NCBI RefSeq assembly: GCF_006345805.1
Contig: NW_021835391.1
Coordinates: forward strand, 1-40,597
DNA length: 40,597 nucleotides
Source: Octopus sinensis
Taxonomy: Eukaryota
Direction: 5' to 3'
Positions 9,733 through 22,975 of the stretch are shown in pieces (the stretch's first letter is position 1; every line of letters begins with the position of its first letter). A program made the position numbers and the translations under genes. A model generated the notes under the pieces. That model saw only the letters and a program-made list of their open reading frames with translations. It was not told where the DNA came from and did no database searches.

Positions 9733-9849
9733 CTGATAAAATGATACACAAGTCGGTCCTTCATATCTATTTCCGTTTATATATATATGTGTGTGTAGTA
9801 TACATATATATATAATATATATATATAATATATTATATATATATATAAT

Positions 9850-9881
<32 letters not shown>

Positions 9882-10005
9882 ATGTATACATATATATGCG
9901 TATGTGTGGTGTATGTATGTATGTCTACATACGCACATACATACGTGTCTATCTATATATATATAGAATATATACACACATACATATATATATGTATATA
10001 TAGTA

Positions 10006-10053
<48 letters not shown>

Positions 10054-10382
10054 TATACAACACCCACACACATATATATATATATACACTGTGTCTATAG
10101 ATGTGTGTGGTGTGTGTGTGTTGTGTGGTGTGAGTACAGACACATGCACCATACATAAACATACGCGTGCATATTCAAATATACACAAATGTGCACAAAA
10201 TTTATATTTGCCAGCGTATCTTTGGGTATCAGTGTATGTATGTGTATGTGAATGTGTGCACATGCGATTATCTCTCTCACTCAATATTTCATTATCCGTA
10301 TGTATATGTACACATACTTACATGTGTCTGTGTGTGTGTTTGTGTGTGTGTGTGCGTGTGTGTGCGAACGTGTGTATGTATG

Positions 10383-10850
10383 TCTATGCACATACATATT
10401 TGTACAGGCGTGGCTGTGTTGTAAGAGGTTTGCTTCCCAACCACATGTTCCAGGGTTCAGTCCCACTGCGTGACATCTTGGGCAAGTGTCTTCTACTATT
10501 AAAGGCACTTTGATCGGTCCGCCTCGAACCGACCAAAGCCTTGTGGATGGATTTGGTAGACGGAAACTGAAAGAAGCCTGTCGTGTATATATATGTGCGT
10601 GTGTGTATGTGCGTGTGTATGAATTATGTATGTGTGTGTGTTTGTGTGTTTGATTGTGTGTGTGTGTGTGTGTGCGTGTGTGTGTGTGTGTGTGCGTATT
10701 TGTGTGTTTGTGTTTTTCCCCAATAGCGCTTGACAACCTATGTTGGTGCGTTTACGTCCCCGTAACTTAGCGGTTCGACCATAGAGAACTAGGCTTACAA
10801 AGAATAAGTCCTGGGGTCGAATCGCTCGACTAAAGGCAGTCGCAGTCAAA
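10383..10850 (+). mobile_element. SINE family A with expanded internal (TG)n spacer
   Basis: Head GGCGTGGCTGTGTTG…GGGTTCAGTCCC, body TTGGGCAAGTGTCTT, 3' half GCTTGACAACC…GTAACTTAGCGGTTCG. Confidence 0.85.
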
Positions 10851-10883
10851 GAATACAAGAATATAATAAAATATAATATAATG

Positions 10884-10884
10884 T

Positions 10885-10936
<52 letters not shown>

Positions 10937-10945
10937 GTAGGTAGG

Positions 10946-11015
<70 letters not shown>

Positions 11016-11242
11016 TTACATGGTGTGTTTGCATGCCGTAACTTAGCAGTTCGACAAAATAGTCCGATAGAATAATTTCGAGGCTTAAAAAGTAAGTACT
11101 GGGGTCGATTCATTCGACTAAAAATTCAAGACGGTGCCCCAACGTGGCCGCAATCTGATGACTGAAACATGTTAAAGACATAAGATATATACTCACAAAA
11201 AAGGTATGCACACACACACACACACACATATACATATGTATG

Positions 11243-11274
<32 letters not shown>

Positions 11275-11477
11275 GACGTACCCAGATTTACATTTACATT
11301 GAATGTTTGTTTTTTGAAGCTCATCATCGGATGTGCCAAAACTTTATAAATCTGTTTTGCACATCACATTTTGTTATTCTAATGTATTAAACATGCCCCG
11401 CTTCTATCTTTGTCTTGTTTTTACCATTATCGTATTGTCTCCCTATGACTCTTTTTCATTCCTAAGCATTATAATAC

Positions 11478-11522
<45 letters not shown>

Positions 11523-11523
11523 A

Positions 11524-11570
<47 letters not shown>

Positions 11571-11666
11571 TTATCTGTCTGTCTGTCTGCCTGTCTGTCT
11601 GTCTATATGTCTGTCTATCTATCTGTCTGTCTATCTATCTATCTATCTATCTATCTACCTATCTAC

Positions 11667-11701
<35 letters not shown>

Positions 11702-11714
11702 CCTATCTATCTAC

Positions 11715-11788
<74 letters not shown>

Positions 11789-11830
11789 GTCTATGTATGT
11801 ATGTATGTATGTATGTATGCATGCATATAT
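10884..11830. repeat. (GATA)n, (TCTA)n/(TCTG)n, (TA)n and (TATG)n tracts with a SINE 3' fragment (~11020-11175)
   Basis: Directly visible. Confidence 0.85.
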
Positions 11831-12117
11831 AAGACACCAAAGTATATGTACGCCGCGATATGTGAGTAAAAAAGAATACAAAAAGGGGACAAGAAATAAT
11901 AAGGACGGGTCATTCGGAGTTTTCTCTCCTCGGTCGAGTTCCAGATCATCTTTGCAGTTTCGGCTGGTTATACTCGTGACTGGTCCAATCTGGCCAGCCC
12001 CAAGGTCAGGCTTGGCAGAACACCGGTCACGTGGAAGAAGAGAAGAGAGGCAGAGGCAGAGGGATTGAAGAATTAGGAAGGGACGAGAAAGAAAAAAGAA
12101 ATATAATATGTATTATC

Positions 12118-12154
<37 letters not shown>

Positions 12155-12359
12155 CGTTCTTGCCTCATGTTTTTGCGAATGATACTAAGTAGCTATCAGG
12201 CGCAGGAGTGGCTGTGTGGAAAGTAGCAGGCTTACCAGCCACATGGTTCCGGTTTCAGTCCTACTCTACGTGGCACCTTAGGCAAGTGTCTTCTACTATA
12301 GCCTCGGGCCGACCAAATCCCTGTAAGTAAATTTGGTAGACGGAAACTGAAAGAAGCTA

Positions 12360-13300
12360 CTAATATACTTCATTACTTTTAAGTACTATACACGTTTATA
12401 CGAGAAGCTTTCTCAAGACAAAATCCTCAGTTTTGTAGGTTTCTACAGTATAACCACTTTAAGTAATATACACAGATCACTATTCTGAACTAATACTGCT
12501 TTTGTTTCAAATAATGAATTTTTACTCAGCCCACCAACTATTTGCGACACCAGTGATTTCTTTTTCTATTTCAGTCGTAGCTGATAGTGGATAGTTACTA
12601 TCGATGACGTGCAAAGTTGTAGAAGGCTAGATTTTAGCACTTCCACCGGTCGCTACTGTATACTTTTCCTCTACTGTTTATATACTTCTGTGCCCTTTGG
12701 CTCTATATGTCGATACAAGATGCTTTCTCAAGACGAACGCAAGAAATTGTTTAAAACAGTGATCCAATGAAAATTGAAAGACTGGAGTGATATCAGAAGT
12801 AAGGAAAATAGAGCAACGGATCACAGCTTTATCTTATATTTTCATATTTCGGGTAAAATATCTCTTCGTCAGGAGAAAATGGAGTATGGTATTAAACTCG
12901 TATCATTTTCTCAAAGGCATAGAACGGGTTGTGTCGCGACAGGCATAGAATGATAGCATTACAGTAACCAGTCTACTTCGAGTAACTCACGTCGCATGTT
13001 GATCGACTGTTAAAGTTCATAAATGGAGAAGGCTTCACAAATGGAGAGGGCTTCCTTTTTAGTGATGTATCTGTGTGTACGTCGTATTTCGTGCTTCTCC
13101 GTGCGGATATGTAGGTTTTGGATACTGCTTCCGATATATGGATGTTAACCATCGTTCACAGTTGTCGTTGCAATCCACTGGTTGATTTTTCTGACTGGAA
13201 TTTCCTCACAGGGAAACCGAAATACACAATCTAAGAGTTTAAAATCTCTATGGGTCGGTCAGTGGCTTTTAGCAGCGGTTTTGTCATCAAAATATATAGT
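12360..13300 (-). mobile_element. Penelope-like remnant with degenerate GIY-YIG endonuclease and downstream hammerhead-like motif
   Basis: Minus frame reads DFKLLDCVFRFPCEE…HPYIGSSIQNLHIRTEKH…KEALSICEAFSIYEL*QSIN, resembling the PLE pattern VY.F.C…YIG.T…L..R..EH…EAL.I….P..N. It contains stops and a 19-bp internal duplication. CUGACGA…GAAA follows at 12872-12847. Confidence 0.55.
12825..12882 (-). ncRNA. Decayed hammerhead-like motif
   Basis: CUGACGA-(15 nt, weak stem II)-GAAA-UAU-GAAA-AUA-UA|. Stem I needs a bulge. Its position 3' of a GIY-YIG remnant fits a pLTR. Confidence 0.35.
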
Positions 13301-13579
13301 CAGCATGGCCGCAGTCAAATGACTGAAACAAGTAAAAGAGTAAAAGAGTGTATATTAGCCAGAAAAATCCGCGATGTACTGAGTGCGCGATAGGTGAACC
13401 GTGATATGGCGAGGGATTACTTTTTTATAATGGGACTTAAGCTAATAATCTAGTACCAGCGGTTTCATGCCGGTTTATTAACCTACGATTATTCAAGTCG
13501 GGAACATAGGTGACATTCTCCTATCAGATTTATTTTCCACCTTTCCGGTGTTGAGCACTTTCTTTTAACTCGTTAATAA

Positions 13580-13594
13580 CGTATAACTTACAGA

Positions 13595-13643
<49 letters not shown>

Positions 13644-15047
13644 ACACACACACATACGTGCACATGCATGCATACATACGCCCATATGAATATATACATA
13701 CGGATATAAATAGATATTCGTATGTGTGCGTGCGTGCGTGCGCGTGTGTGGTGTGAGTGCGTGTGTACATGCGTGCGTGCGTGCGTTCGTGCGTGCATGC
13801 GTGCGTGCGTGCGTGTGGGTGGATGCGTATGCGTGTACGTGTGTGAATGGGTATGTTTATGCGTCTGTGTGAAGTGAAAATGTCAGATAACGATAAGAGT
13901 GAACGAACTTTCGATAACAACGTATAACATAATTTAATGAAATTTTGCCGGTTTGAAAAGTGTCACTTTTAATTTAAACAAGTTGCCTTGGCAGCAACTC
14001 TCTCCCTCCCACCCACCTCCCTTTCTTTCTCTCTCTCTTTTTCTTTCTCTCTCCTTCCTTCCTTCCCGCTTTTCCTTTCTCTCTCTCTCTCTCTCAAGCT
14101 ACAGATCTCTCGTCGGAAATCTCTAGTTGTTCTCTCTCATCTCTCTATGTCTTAGCCCCACATTTTCGTACACTTAATATATTTCCTTCTATCTTGTTTT
14201 TGATAGTTATATTCGCTTCACCCCCTCCCCCTCTCTCTCTTTTTCTCTCTCTTTCACTCTCTTTCACTGCCCCTCCCCCGCTTTCTCTTCGGCAATCGTT
14301 CTTTCAATTGCACTTTCGCTTCCAGTCTGTTTCTGTCCCTCTGTCTCGCTTCGCTCTTTCTCTCTCTTTCTCTCTCTCTCTCTCTCATTCACACTCCACA
14401 CACACACACTCTGTCTTTCTCCATCTATTTCACGCATATACTTAAATACATTCCCCTCTCACACACGTTCTAATGAGAGTAAAACCTCATTCCTAAACGC
14501 AGGAACACGTTTCCAAACTTAATCGGAAACAAGCACAGACTCACACACACACACACATCTACCCCCCCACACACACACATACACCACTACCACTACCACC
14601 ACCACCACCACCACCACCACCACCACCACCACCACCACCGCACCACACAAACAAACACACACCACACACACACACAGATATATAAAGGTGTCTACAGAGA
14701 TTCACATATACATATATAAATACATTCTTATACAACACAGATTTATATAAATACAAACATACTTACACATACGAATTTACACATGCACACACACACACAC
14801 GCACACATACACACACGCACACGCACACACATATATACACACACATCTATATGTGTGCGCGCGTGTGTGTATACGAATACATATACTAACATTGTGTAAG
14901 CATATATGTGCGTTTATGTATGTATACATATATGTATATATACATATACATACATATATACACATATATACATATATATATGTGATGTATCTATGTATAT
15001 ATATATAATATATATGTATATATATATATATGTATATATATATATTG

Positions 15048-15111
<64 letters not shown>

Positions 15112-15390
15112 ATATATATAGATATATATATATATATATACACGCGCATATGTGTATCAAGACTTTTCCAAACACGCTTCCATAGAAAGTGTAATGAATA
15201 CTCTGTCAGAAGTTTCTCATTGAGGTTGTGTATTTAAAGTTAATTAAACATCATTAACTTAATGACGGAATCAACTCGGAAGAATAATTCAGTCGTATTG
15301 TAATTAAACACAAACAAAATAATACATGCTCTGCCTTGATATTTGGCCATTCTCTGCACGATATATAGACATACATGCCTATACACACAC

Positions 15391-15449
<59 letters not shown>

Positions 15450-15837
15450 TAGTATGTGTGGTGTGTATCTATTTGGTGTGTATGCATACATATTCGTACA
15501 GGTATACATATCTTTATATGTATGTATGTGTGTGTGTAAGCGTGTATATAAAGCCATATATTCATATATAGCACATACATGTATACACAAACACATACTC
15601 ATATACATATATTTATATGCGTATATGTTGTATTTGCGTGTATGCTGTGCGATTGTCTGTGCATTCGTATATGAAGTTATTTATGCAACATACTTAAACA
15701 TACACACACACAAATATATATACACCTATACATATAAACATATACATATACATATGTATGTATGTTCATATCATACAATATCGTACATATAACGCATAAG
15801 GAAAAATATATCACATGAATAGTATATTCATAGACAT

Positions 15838-15880
<43 letters not shown>

Positions 15881-16180
15881 GTTTTAAACCAGATATACAC
15901 CACTGAGAAGAAGTCTATCATACATACTTTGCGCACACACTCACACGCACATGCATAATGCATTACATAATGTTGCATGTAGCATAATGTTGCATGTAGC
16001 ATAATGTTGCATGCAGCATCGTATATTACATAATTATATTACATATACATATATATGAAACTGAATATTAAGTTCAATATTATATGTTTGTGTGCATGTA
16101 TGTGTGCATACTTGTATATACGTATATGTATTTGTGCCTGTTATATACGTATGTGAATGCATGCATATATATATAGGCGT
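13580..16180. repeat. Microsatellite field: (CA)n, (TGCG)n, (CT)n, (CCA)n, (TA)n, plus a 17-bp unit x3 (CATAATGTTGCATGTAG, ~15965-16018)
   Basis: Directly visible. Confidence 0.85.
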
Positions 16181-16185
16181 AGGAG

Positions 16186-16331
16186 TGGCTGTGTGGTAAG
16201 TAGCTTGCTTATGAACCACATGGTTCCGGGTTCAGTCCCACTGCGTGGCACCCTGGGCAAGTTTCTTCTACTATAGCCTCGGGCCAACCAGGGGCCTTGT
16301 GGCGGAAACTGAAAGAAGCCCGTCGTATATG

Positions 16332-16367
<36 letters not shown>

Positions 16368-16608
16368 GTGTGTGTGTATGTATGTGTGTGCATAAGTTTG
16401 TGTGTCTATGTTTGTCTCCCCAACATCGCTTAACAACCGATGCTTGTGTGTTTACGTCCCCTTAACTTAGCGGATCGTCAAAAGTGACCGGTAGAATAAG
16501 TACTAGGCTTACAAAGAACATGTCCTGGGGTCGATTTGCTCGACTATAGGAGGTGCTCCAGCATGGCCACAGTCAAATGACTGAAACAAGTAAAAGAGTA
16601 AAAGAGAG
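16186..16608 (+). mobile_element. SINE family A, full length
   Basis: GGCGTAGGAGTGGCTGTGTGG head through the …GACTGAAACAAGTAAAAGAGTAAAAGAG tail, with a central (TA)(TG) spacer. Confidence 0.9.
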
Positions 16609-17354
16609 ACTATATACAGAGAGAGAGAGAGAGAGAGATGGATGGATGAGAAGAAACTCGAGATTTGGTTGCAATTGCGGTTTTTATTAGATCGTAAATT
16701 ACATATTCTTCACACGTGTTTCACTAATGTGCATTAGTATGCTTACACAACACAGGGGATTTTAAATCATTAGTAGAGAGTAAGTCTGTCCTCGTTGCAT
16801 ATGGCAAGTCTTGGACACATATTTGGATCTGGTGAAAGCCGTCGCTTTTTCCTCAACGGCTTTCAGCCGATTCTTTACAGAAGGAATGAAAGATATACAG
16901 TAAAAAGAAGAATCCACTGCTGTACAGACCTTTGACAAGAGAAAATGGAGAATTGCGTTAAGCTGGTATCCTTTGCTCACGTATGGAAGTGACCGATTTG
17001 ATGGTGTCAGGTTACATATCAGTTTGTTTGGCTGGGAGAATTTATGAGAGGTTATAATCTCTAGGTAGCTGAAATGCCACACTCTACAGAATGACAAATA
17101 ACTGTTGCAAACATCTGCTCTCCCTTACAATGTGCAGTATCAAATGGAAAAAGCTAAAGCCGTTGAAATATCACATGCCGAGAAAGTGCTGCCAACATCC
17201 CATCTGCTTCGCCACATGGATCTGGAAATTAAATAACTAATGTCTCTGATAGCAAAAGTATACTTGTGATCTGAACTGATCAATGTAGATTTTTATACTC
17301 TAACCGAAAATACATTTTAAGTTCTATTTTGAATTCTTTCCACTCCACTCTCGA

Positions 17355-17403
17355 ACATCTGATGATTTGCACGTGTCCAACGCCCACGAAACTTTAGTAA
17401 TGT
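17355..17403 (+). ncRNA. Decayed hammerhead-like motif
   Basis: ACAU-CUGAUGA-(22 nt, partly paired)-GAAA-CUUUAG-UA|AUGU. Stem I has 4 bp and stem III is near-palindromic. Confidence 0.4.
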
Positions 17404-17528
17404 ACAAACTACTATTAAATACACGCAATTTCGACCAAATATGATACTCTCTTTTATATCTTTGCTCATATACATATACATGCGCGCGCGCACATGCACA
17501 CACGTGTGTGTGTGTGTGTGTGTGTGTG

Positions 17529-17572
<44 letters not shown>

Positions 17573-18363
17573 GTGTGTGCGTGCGTGCGATTGTGCAGCG
17601 CATGCGTGGAAACTTAAATGGCTCTAAGCAGAGTTGCAATATTTGAAATCAATCTGTATCTTCAGATAAATGATAAGTAAAGACAAAAATTCTGAAAGAA
17701 AATGGCGGTGCTTGCACAATAAGCTATTGTGGTTTTAACCAATCAAATCACTCACTGGCGTATACTGCATATGTGAGAAAAATATTTCAATGAGTTGCAA
17801 GCATTATTTGTATTTCTTCCTGCAACATAACGTTTCAGTCTCACAAAAATAGTAAAATATTCTGATACCAAGTATTGTATTCCTTCGTTGTTGTTGTTTT
17901 GATGTAAGCACCTGGGAACAATGTGCCCATCGGTTCTTTTTTCTTTAAGAGTGTTATTTCAGAGAAATTTGCTATCTTTTCTATTTTGTTGATCTATCAC
18001 ATAGTGGCTCTCTCACTCGTTGAGCTATTACCGACGATCAAAGATGCTTCAGCAGTGAACATGACTTCTTTTATTAAATACAGTTATCCATTTTTGGAGA
18101 ACAATACTAAGACTAGGCTGTTTTTTCCAGCAGGACGAACAATCATGTAGCGGCTGCTCTTCTTGATTCGTGTACTTACAATCATTGCCTTTGACACTTA
18201 TACTGTTACTTTTCATTAATATTAATATCAATATTGTGTCAAATATTCAGCCCAGATCGACTTTGCCTTCTATGTTTTGGGGTCGATAAAATAAATAACA
18301 GTTGAGCACTGGAGTCAGTGTAATCGACTTACCACTCCCACGAAGTTGCTGGTCATATGAAAA

Positions 18364-18529
18364 ACAGGAGTGGCTGTGTGGTGAGTAGCTTACCTACCAA
18401 CCACATGGCTCTGTGTTCAGTCCCACTGCGTGGCACCTTGGGCAAGTGTCTTCTACTGTAGCCCCGGGCCAACCAAAGCCTTGTGAGTGGATTTGGTAGA
18501 CGGAAACTGAAAGAAGCTCGTCGTATATA

Positions 18530-18562
<33 letters not shown>

Positions 18563-18739
18563 CTGTGTTGACAACCGATGCTGGTGCGTTTACGTCCCCG
18601 TAACTTAGCAGTTCGGCAAAAGAGATCGATAGAGTAAGAACTAGGCTTACAAAGAATAAGTCCTGGCGTCGATTTCCTTGACTAAAGGCGGTGCTCCAGC
18701 ATGGCCGCAGTCAAATGACTGAAACAAGTAAAAGAGTAA
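18364..18739 (+). mobile_element. SINE family A, full length
   Basis: Same head, body and tail as 16186-16608, with a short spacer. Confidence 0.9.
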
Positions 18740-19044
18740 ATATTGATTTTGTCACGTGATTTAAGAAACGTGAAGAAGTAACGTCGACGTTGATTACCTC
18801 CATTTTAATATTCTGAATCGCGTTCTTTTATCGTCTACCCCCTACCCACCACCACCACCACCACACGAATGGGTTCCTTCTATTAATACTATAGCCTTGT
18901 GAGTGAATTCGGTAGATGGACACTGTGTGGAAATCTGTTACGCGCGCGTATGTGTATGTCTTTGTGGTTATGTTTGGTCTCACCACCGCTTGACAAACGG
19001 TGTTCGGTTGCTTACATCTGTGTGACTTAGCGGTTTTTCTCCTC

Positions 19045-19280
19045 TCTTTTTCTCTCTTTTTCTCTCTTTTACTTGTTTCAGCCATATGACTGCGGCCATA
19101 CTGGAGCACCGCCTTTAGTCGAGAAAATCCACCCCAGGACTTATTCTTTGTAAGCCTAATACTTATTCTATCGGTCTCCTTTGCTGAGCCGCTAAGTTAC
19201 GGGGACGTAAACACACCACCATCGGTTGTCAAGCGATGTTTGTTGGACAAACAGACACACAAACATATACTCACACGTAC

Positions 19281-19311
<31 letters not shown>

Positions 19312-19463
19312 CGACGGGCTTCTTTCAGTTTCCGTATACCAAATCCACTCACAAGGCTTTGGTCGGCCCGAGGCTATAATAGAAGACACTTGCCCAAGGT
19401 GCCACGCAGTGGGACTGAACCCGGGACCATTTGGTTGGTAAGCAAGCTACTTACCACACAGCC
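19045..19463 (-). mobile_element. SINE family A, full length, tail-to-tail with a degenerate plus-strand fragment (~18880-19035)
   Basis: Reverse complement of the family A copies elsewhere in the window. Confidence 0.85.
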
Positions 19464-19890
19464 ATATATACCCAGTCCTATTTCCCTATATTTTTTTAGA
19501 GTGGGGTAGCCACAACAAGACGCACACCAGGCATTCTATTTATTTTCCAGCTCAAGAGGCGAGCCCCGTTCTATTCTCGGATCAAGACATAAAACGCAAC
19601 CCTCCAATATCAGCAGCGGGACCCAACAGCATATGCTGATTTTCCCCCGCCGCATCATGCTGGTTCCGTACCCCTTCGGCAAAAGACACCGATAGAATAA
19701 GTATCAGGCTTTTAAAACAATTAAATAACAAGGACATGGTGTAAACCCTTCAAGGCAGTGCCCCCAGCATGGCCACAGTCCTATCACAGAAGCAAGTAAA
19801 AGATGGAAGATAAAGAAACATTGAAAGACAGGGAGTTGATTCACCACCAACACCAGCACCACTGCTGCTGCTGCAGCTACTGCTGCTGCA

Positions 19891-19921
<31 letters not shown>

Positions 19922-19971
19922 AAGGAATTGTCCCTGTCCTCTATAAGAAATCATTATTATTTACGATTTGA

Positions 19972-20186
19972 TGGCGGCGAGCTGGCAGAAACGTCACCAC
20001 GCGTAGCCGTATTTCATCTGTCTTTACGTTCTGAGTTCAAATTCCGCCGAGGTTGACTTTGCCTTTCTTCCTTTCGGGGGTCGCTAAATTAAGTACCAGT
20101 TCAGTACTGAAGGCGATCTAATTGACTGGTTCCCCACTCCCCCAAAATTTCGAGCCTTGTGCCTAGAGTAGAAAAGAATAAAACAG
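19972..20186 (+). mobile_element. SINE family B (tail variant …CCTAGAGTAGAAAAGAAT) with 16-bp TSD
   Basis: TSD ATTATTTACGATTTGA at 19956-19971 and 20187-20202. Confidence 0.9.
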
Positions 20187-20373
20187 ATTATTTACGATTT
20201 GACAGATACTTCAACAGTCTCTTTTAGTTGCCCCACAAAGAGCTAAGATTCCTCATTGCAGACAGTATCACAGAATCATACTACAACTAATACTTGTGAT
20301 TAACAAATGCTTAGTAATAAATACTTTTACGACCAATGTTTACAAAATACTGCAACATCGCAGTTTTATTATT

Positions 20374-20864
20374 TACTAGCAGCATAGCCCGGCGTTTCCC
20401 GGGTATGCAAGAGCCCCTAGTAGGCAACGACTAATCCCAATCTAGTCCGTTCCCTGTAGGGAACGAAGGCACATGTGTTGTTTGCAATGTCTTCCCTTCA
20501 CTCGAATACTTCCGTGTATTTTTTCTGCTGGTAAGGTATTGCATGGAAAACTAACGTCAGAATTAAGTTTCTTAGGGCAACATTAAGCTTCACCATGAGT
20601 TTGGTGAAAATCGATTGCAAGTTGCGCAAACTACAACAGAAAATGTGTTGCATTAGATTCTCGATCCCAGTCGAATTTATCGATTTTTTTCAGAACTGGG
20701 GGAACTTTTCAAAATTTTCCCTGCGTTAGTTTTGAGTTATGACATTGGGCTATGTGTGTGTCAAGTTTCATCAGAATCGGTTGAAAGGTGGTCAGGGTGA
20801 GGGTACAACCTGACAGACACACAGACACACAGACAGACAAACTGCCGTTTATATATAGAGAGAT
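20374..20864 (+). mobile_element. Non-autonomous rolling-circle-type element (Lep1/Helentron-like)
   Basis: Starts TACTAGC…GCCCGGCG, carries AAGTTTCATCAGAATCGG plus (ACAG)n near the 3' end, ends TTTATATATAGAGAGAT, and has T-rich flanks. This layout resembles invertebrate non-autonomous Helitron/Helentron families. Confidence 0.5.
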
Positions 20865-21038
20865 TAATATATTTTCCTTGAATGGTTCCTAAGTCATTAC
20901 TTAGAGATAAGTAACCTGTGAAAAGTTTACACATACATAATTCCTATTGTAATAATTACAAAATGAGATTCTTTTAATTATATATTGATGCCATAAGATT
21001 TTCAGTAAAATTGATAACGTCACTGTTATTATCATTAT

Positions 21039-21393
21039 ATGTTTGACTTTTGCTTTGTATTAGTAGAATTTGGCTCCAAGTCTCACCCAGAGACCCCAAG
21101 AGACAAGTAAGAAGTTCATGTTGGAGTTATGCCTAGGGTGTCATATATTTGGTTTTGCACATAGCATTATTCTAGAGAATGTTTAAGAAACCATAAGAAA
21201 ATTATGAGTTTGTTTTAAAATTTGAGATTACATAGAAAGTATTTTACGTAGGATATGGGCAGTTCCCATGAGAGCTATTTTTTTAATTTCTGCCATTTTG
21301 GAGTTTCCTGGTATCTGAGCTTGGTAGCAATCAGCCCCTTTTGCTATCATCCCTAGGGCACCTGCAACAGGTATTGTTTTAGTCTTGAGGTTT
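21039..21393 (-). mobile_element. R4/Dong-type non-LTR retrotransposon 3' fragment (second subfamily)
   Basis: Minus frame 21393-21228 reads NLKTKTIPVAGALGMIAKGADCYQAQIPGNSKMAEIKKIALMGTAHILRKILSM*, homologous to the C-terminus of the 26272 element but with a different 3' UTR. It abuts the large (ATT)n tract. Confidence 0.8.
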
Positions 21394-21411
21394 CATCATC
21401 ATCATCACCCT

Positions 21412-21434
21412 CATTATTATTATTATTATTATTA

Positions 21435-21481
<47 letters not shown>

Positions 21482-21524
21482 TACTATTACTATTACTATT
21501 ACTATTATTATTATTATTATTATA

Positions 21525-21601
<77 letters not shown>

Positions 21602-21683
21602 TATTATCATTATTATTATAATTATTATTATTATATCATCATTATCATTATCATATTATTATTATTATTACTATTACTATTAC

Positions 21684-21716
<33 letters not shown>

Positions 21717-21721
21717 TATTA

Positions 21722-21757
<36 letters not shown>

Positions 21758-21770
21758 CATTATTATTATT
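21412..21770. repeat. Large (ATT)n/(ACT)/(ATC) tract
   Basis: Directly visible. Confidence 0.95.
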
Positions 21771-22181
21771 GAGTGAGAGAGCAACGCATGCTATCAAACT
21801 GACACTGGGGTAAAATATACGAAGCCCAGTATACCCATCATGACTACCCATCTGATAAAGGATGTTTAAGGATGTTGAACGAACCACCCATGTTTCCAAA
21901 GGGGAATTATCCAAACCTTTAAGAATTCCTTTTAACACATGGCTATGATGCTCCCCCACTACTTCTGTTCATGATCAGAGTTGCACATATTGCCAGCCAC
22001 TAAGGGACATGCTCAAATGGTTATGGTCAAGCAACTGACAAACAAATCTGTGGTATTGAGCAGAATATTTACTGTAGTCTATCTTTTATACCAAGCCAAA
22101 AACAATGTAGATGATAACACTTCCAATCAGTTAAGATCAAAAGCCATGAGAGCCACTGTCTGGTACTGCTTCAGGGCATTT
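21771..22181 (-). mobile_element. Non-coding element flanked by (ATT)n and (ATC)n; probable non-autonomous retroelement
   Basis: Its terminus is shared with 6640-6689, and both copies end in …CTCTCTCACTC followed by (AAT)n. It has no tRNA-like head and no recognisable ORF. Confidence 0.55.
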
Positions 22182-22669
22182 ATCATCATCATCATCATCA
22201 TCATCGTCGTCGTCGTCGTCGTTGTCGTCGTTGTCGTCATCATCATCATCATCATTATCATTGTTTTTATTCTGCAACTCGCTTCTGTGTAGTATGACAC
22301 AGTTCCTCGCGCTCGGTAATTCTACGTCAATTATTGATTTCTAATTTTGGCACAAAGCCGCAAATGATTCGAAGAATCACTCACACAGGTATTGAATAGA
22401 TCGAGTAAATGAATGCTGCAATATTTTATTGAACTCGTGAGGGAGGCTGAAGAATATAAAACCTAAATGTCAGAAGAATTGGCGTGATTTTTAGGTCGCT
22501 TCATTTTCTGAAATTTGTTTTGTAAAGGGAGATTACTGCGTAAATAACGTAAGACATTTAATTATGATGTATCGTCCGTGCAATCTATTTATTGCACTTT
22601 GGCTTTGACAGTTATTGAGAGAACGGACATAACAAAATGTCCTGGAATCAAGTTTTGTAATTGAAATGC

Positions 22670-22674
22670 TTCGC

Positions 22675-22705
<31 letters not shown>

Positions 22706-22975
22706 ACTACAGCTCTTGTTGTAGATGAAGATGTTGACGACGATGGTGATGACGATGACGGCGATGACGACGACGACGATAATGATGGCAACGACAACGA
22801 TGATGATGATGATGGTGATAATGGTGATGATGATGATGATGATGATGAATGTGACCGCGACTATGACGTTGGTGATGGTGATGATGATAATAACGACGAT
22901 GTTGATGATGATGATGTAGAGGATGCTGATGTTGATAACGATGATGACGACAATGTTGATGACGAGGATTGTGTT
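22670..22975. repeat. (GCT)n and (GAT/GAC)n low-complexity tract running into a SINE 3' fragment
   Basis: Directly visible; GCTTGACAACCG…TGTGTTTAC follows at ~22988. Confidence 0.85.

Larger units (their letters stand above)
12198..13349 (+). mobile_element. SINE family A whose middle is replaced (head 12198-12357, extreme tail 13303-13349)
   Basis: Head GGCGCAGGAGTGGCTGTGTGG…GAAACTGAAAGAAGC; tail AGCATGGCCGCAGTCAAATGACTGAAACAAGTAAAAGAGTAAAAGAG. Confidence 0.75.

Noticed and set aside
13983-14000. RFX X-box-like GTTGCCTTGGCAGC(AAC)
   Set aside because: A single imperfect motif with no gene context; expected by chance in 40 kb.
16186-16260. SINE heads as tRNA genes
   Set aside because: They have A/B-box-like motifs but no complete cloverleaf, and they continue into SINE bodies.
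21771-22181. HDV-like ribozyme at the putative 5' end of the TAA-flanked element
   Set aside because: No P1 complement to the GCCCUGA start could be found, so the nested double pseudoknot cannot be drawn.
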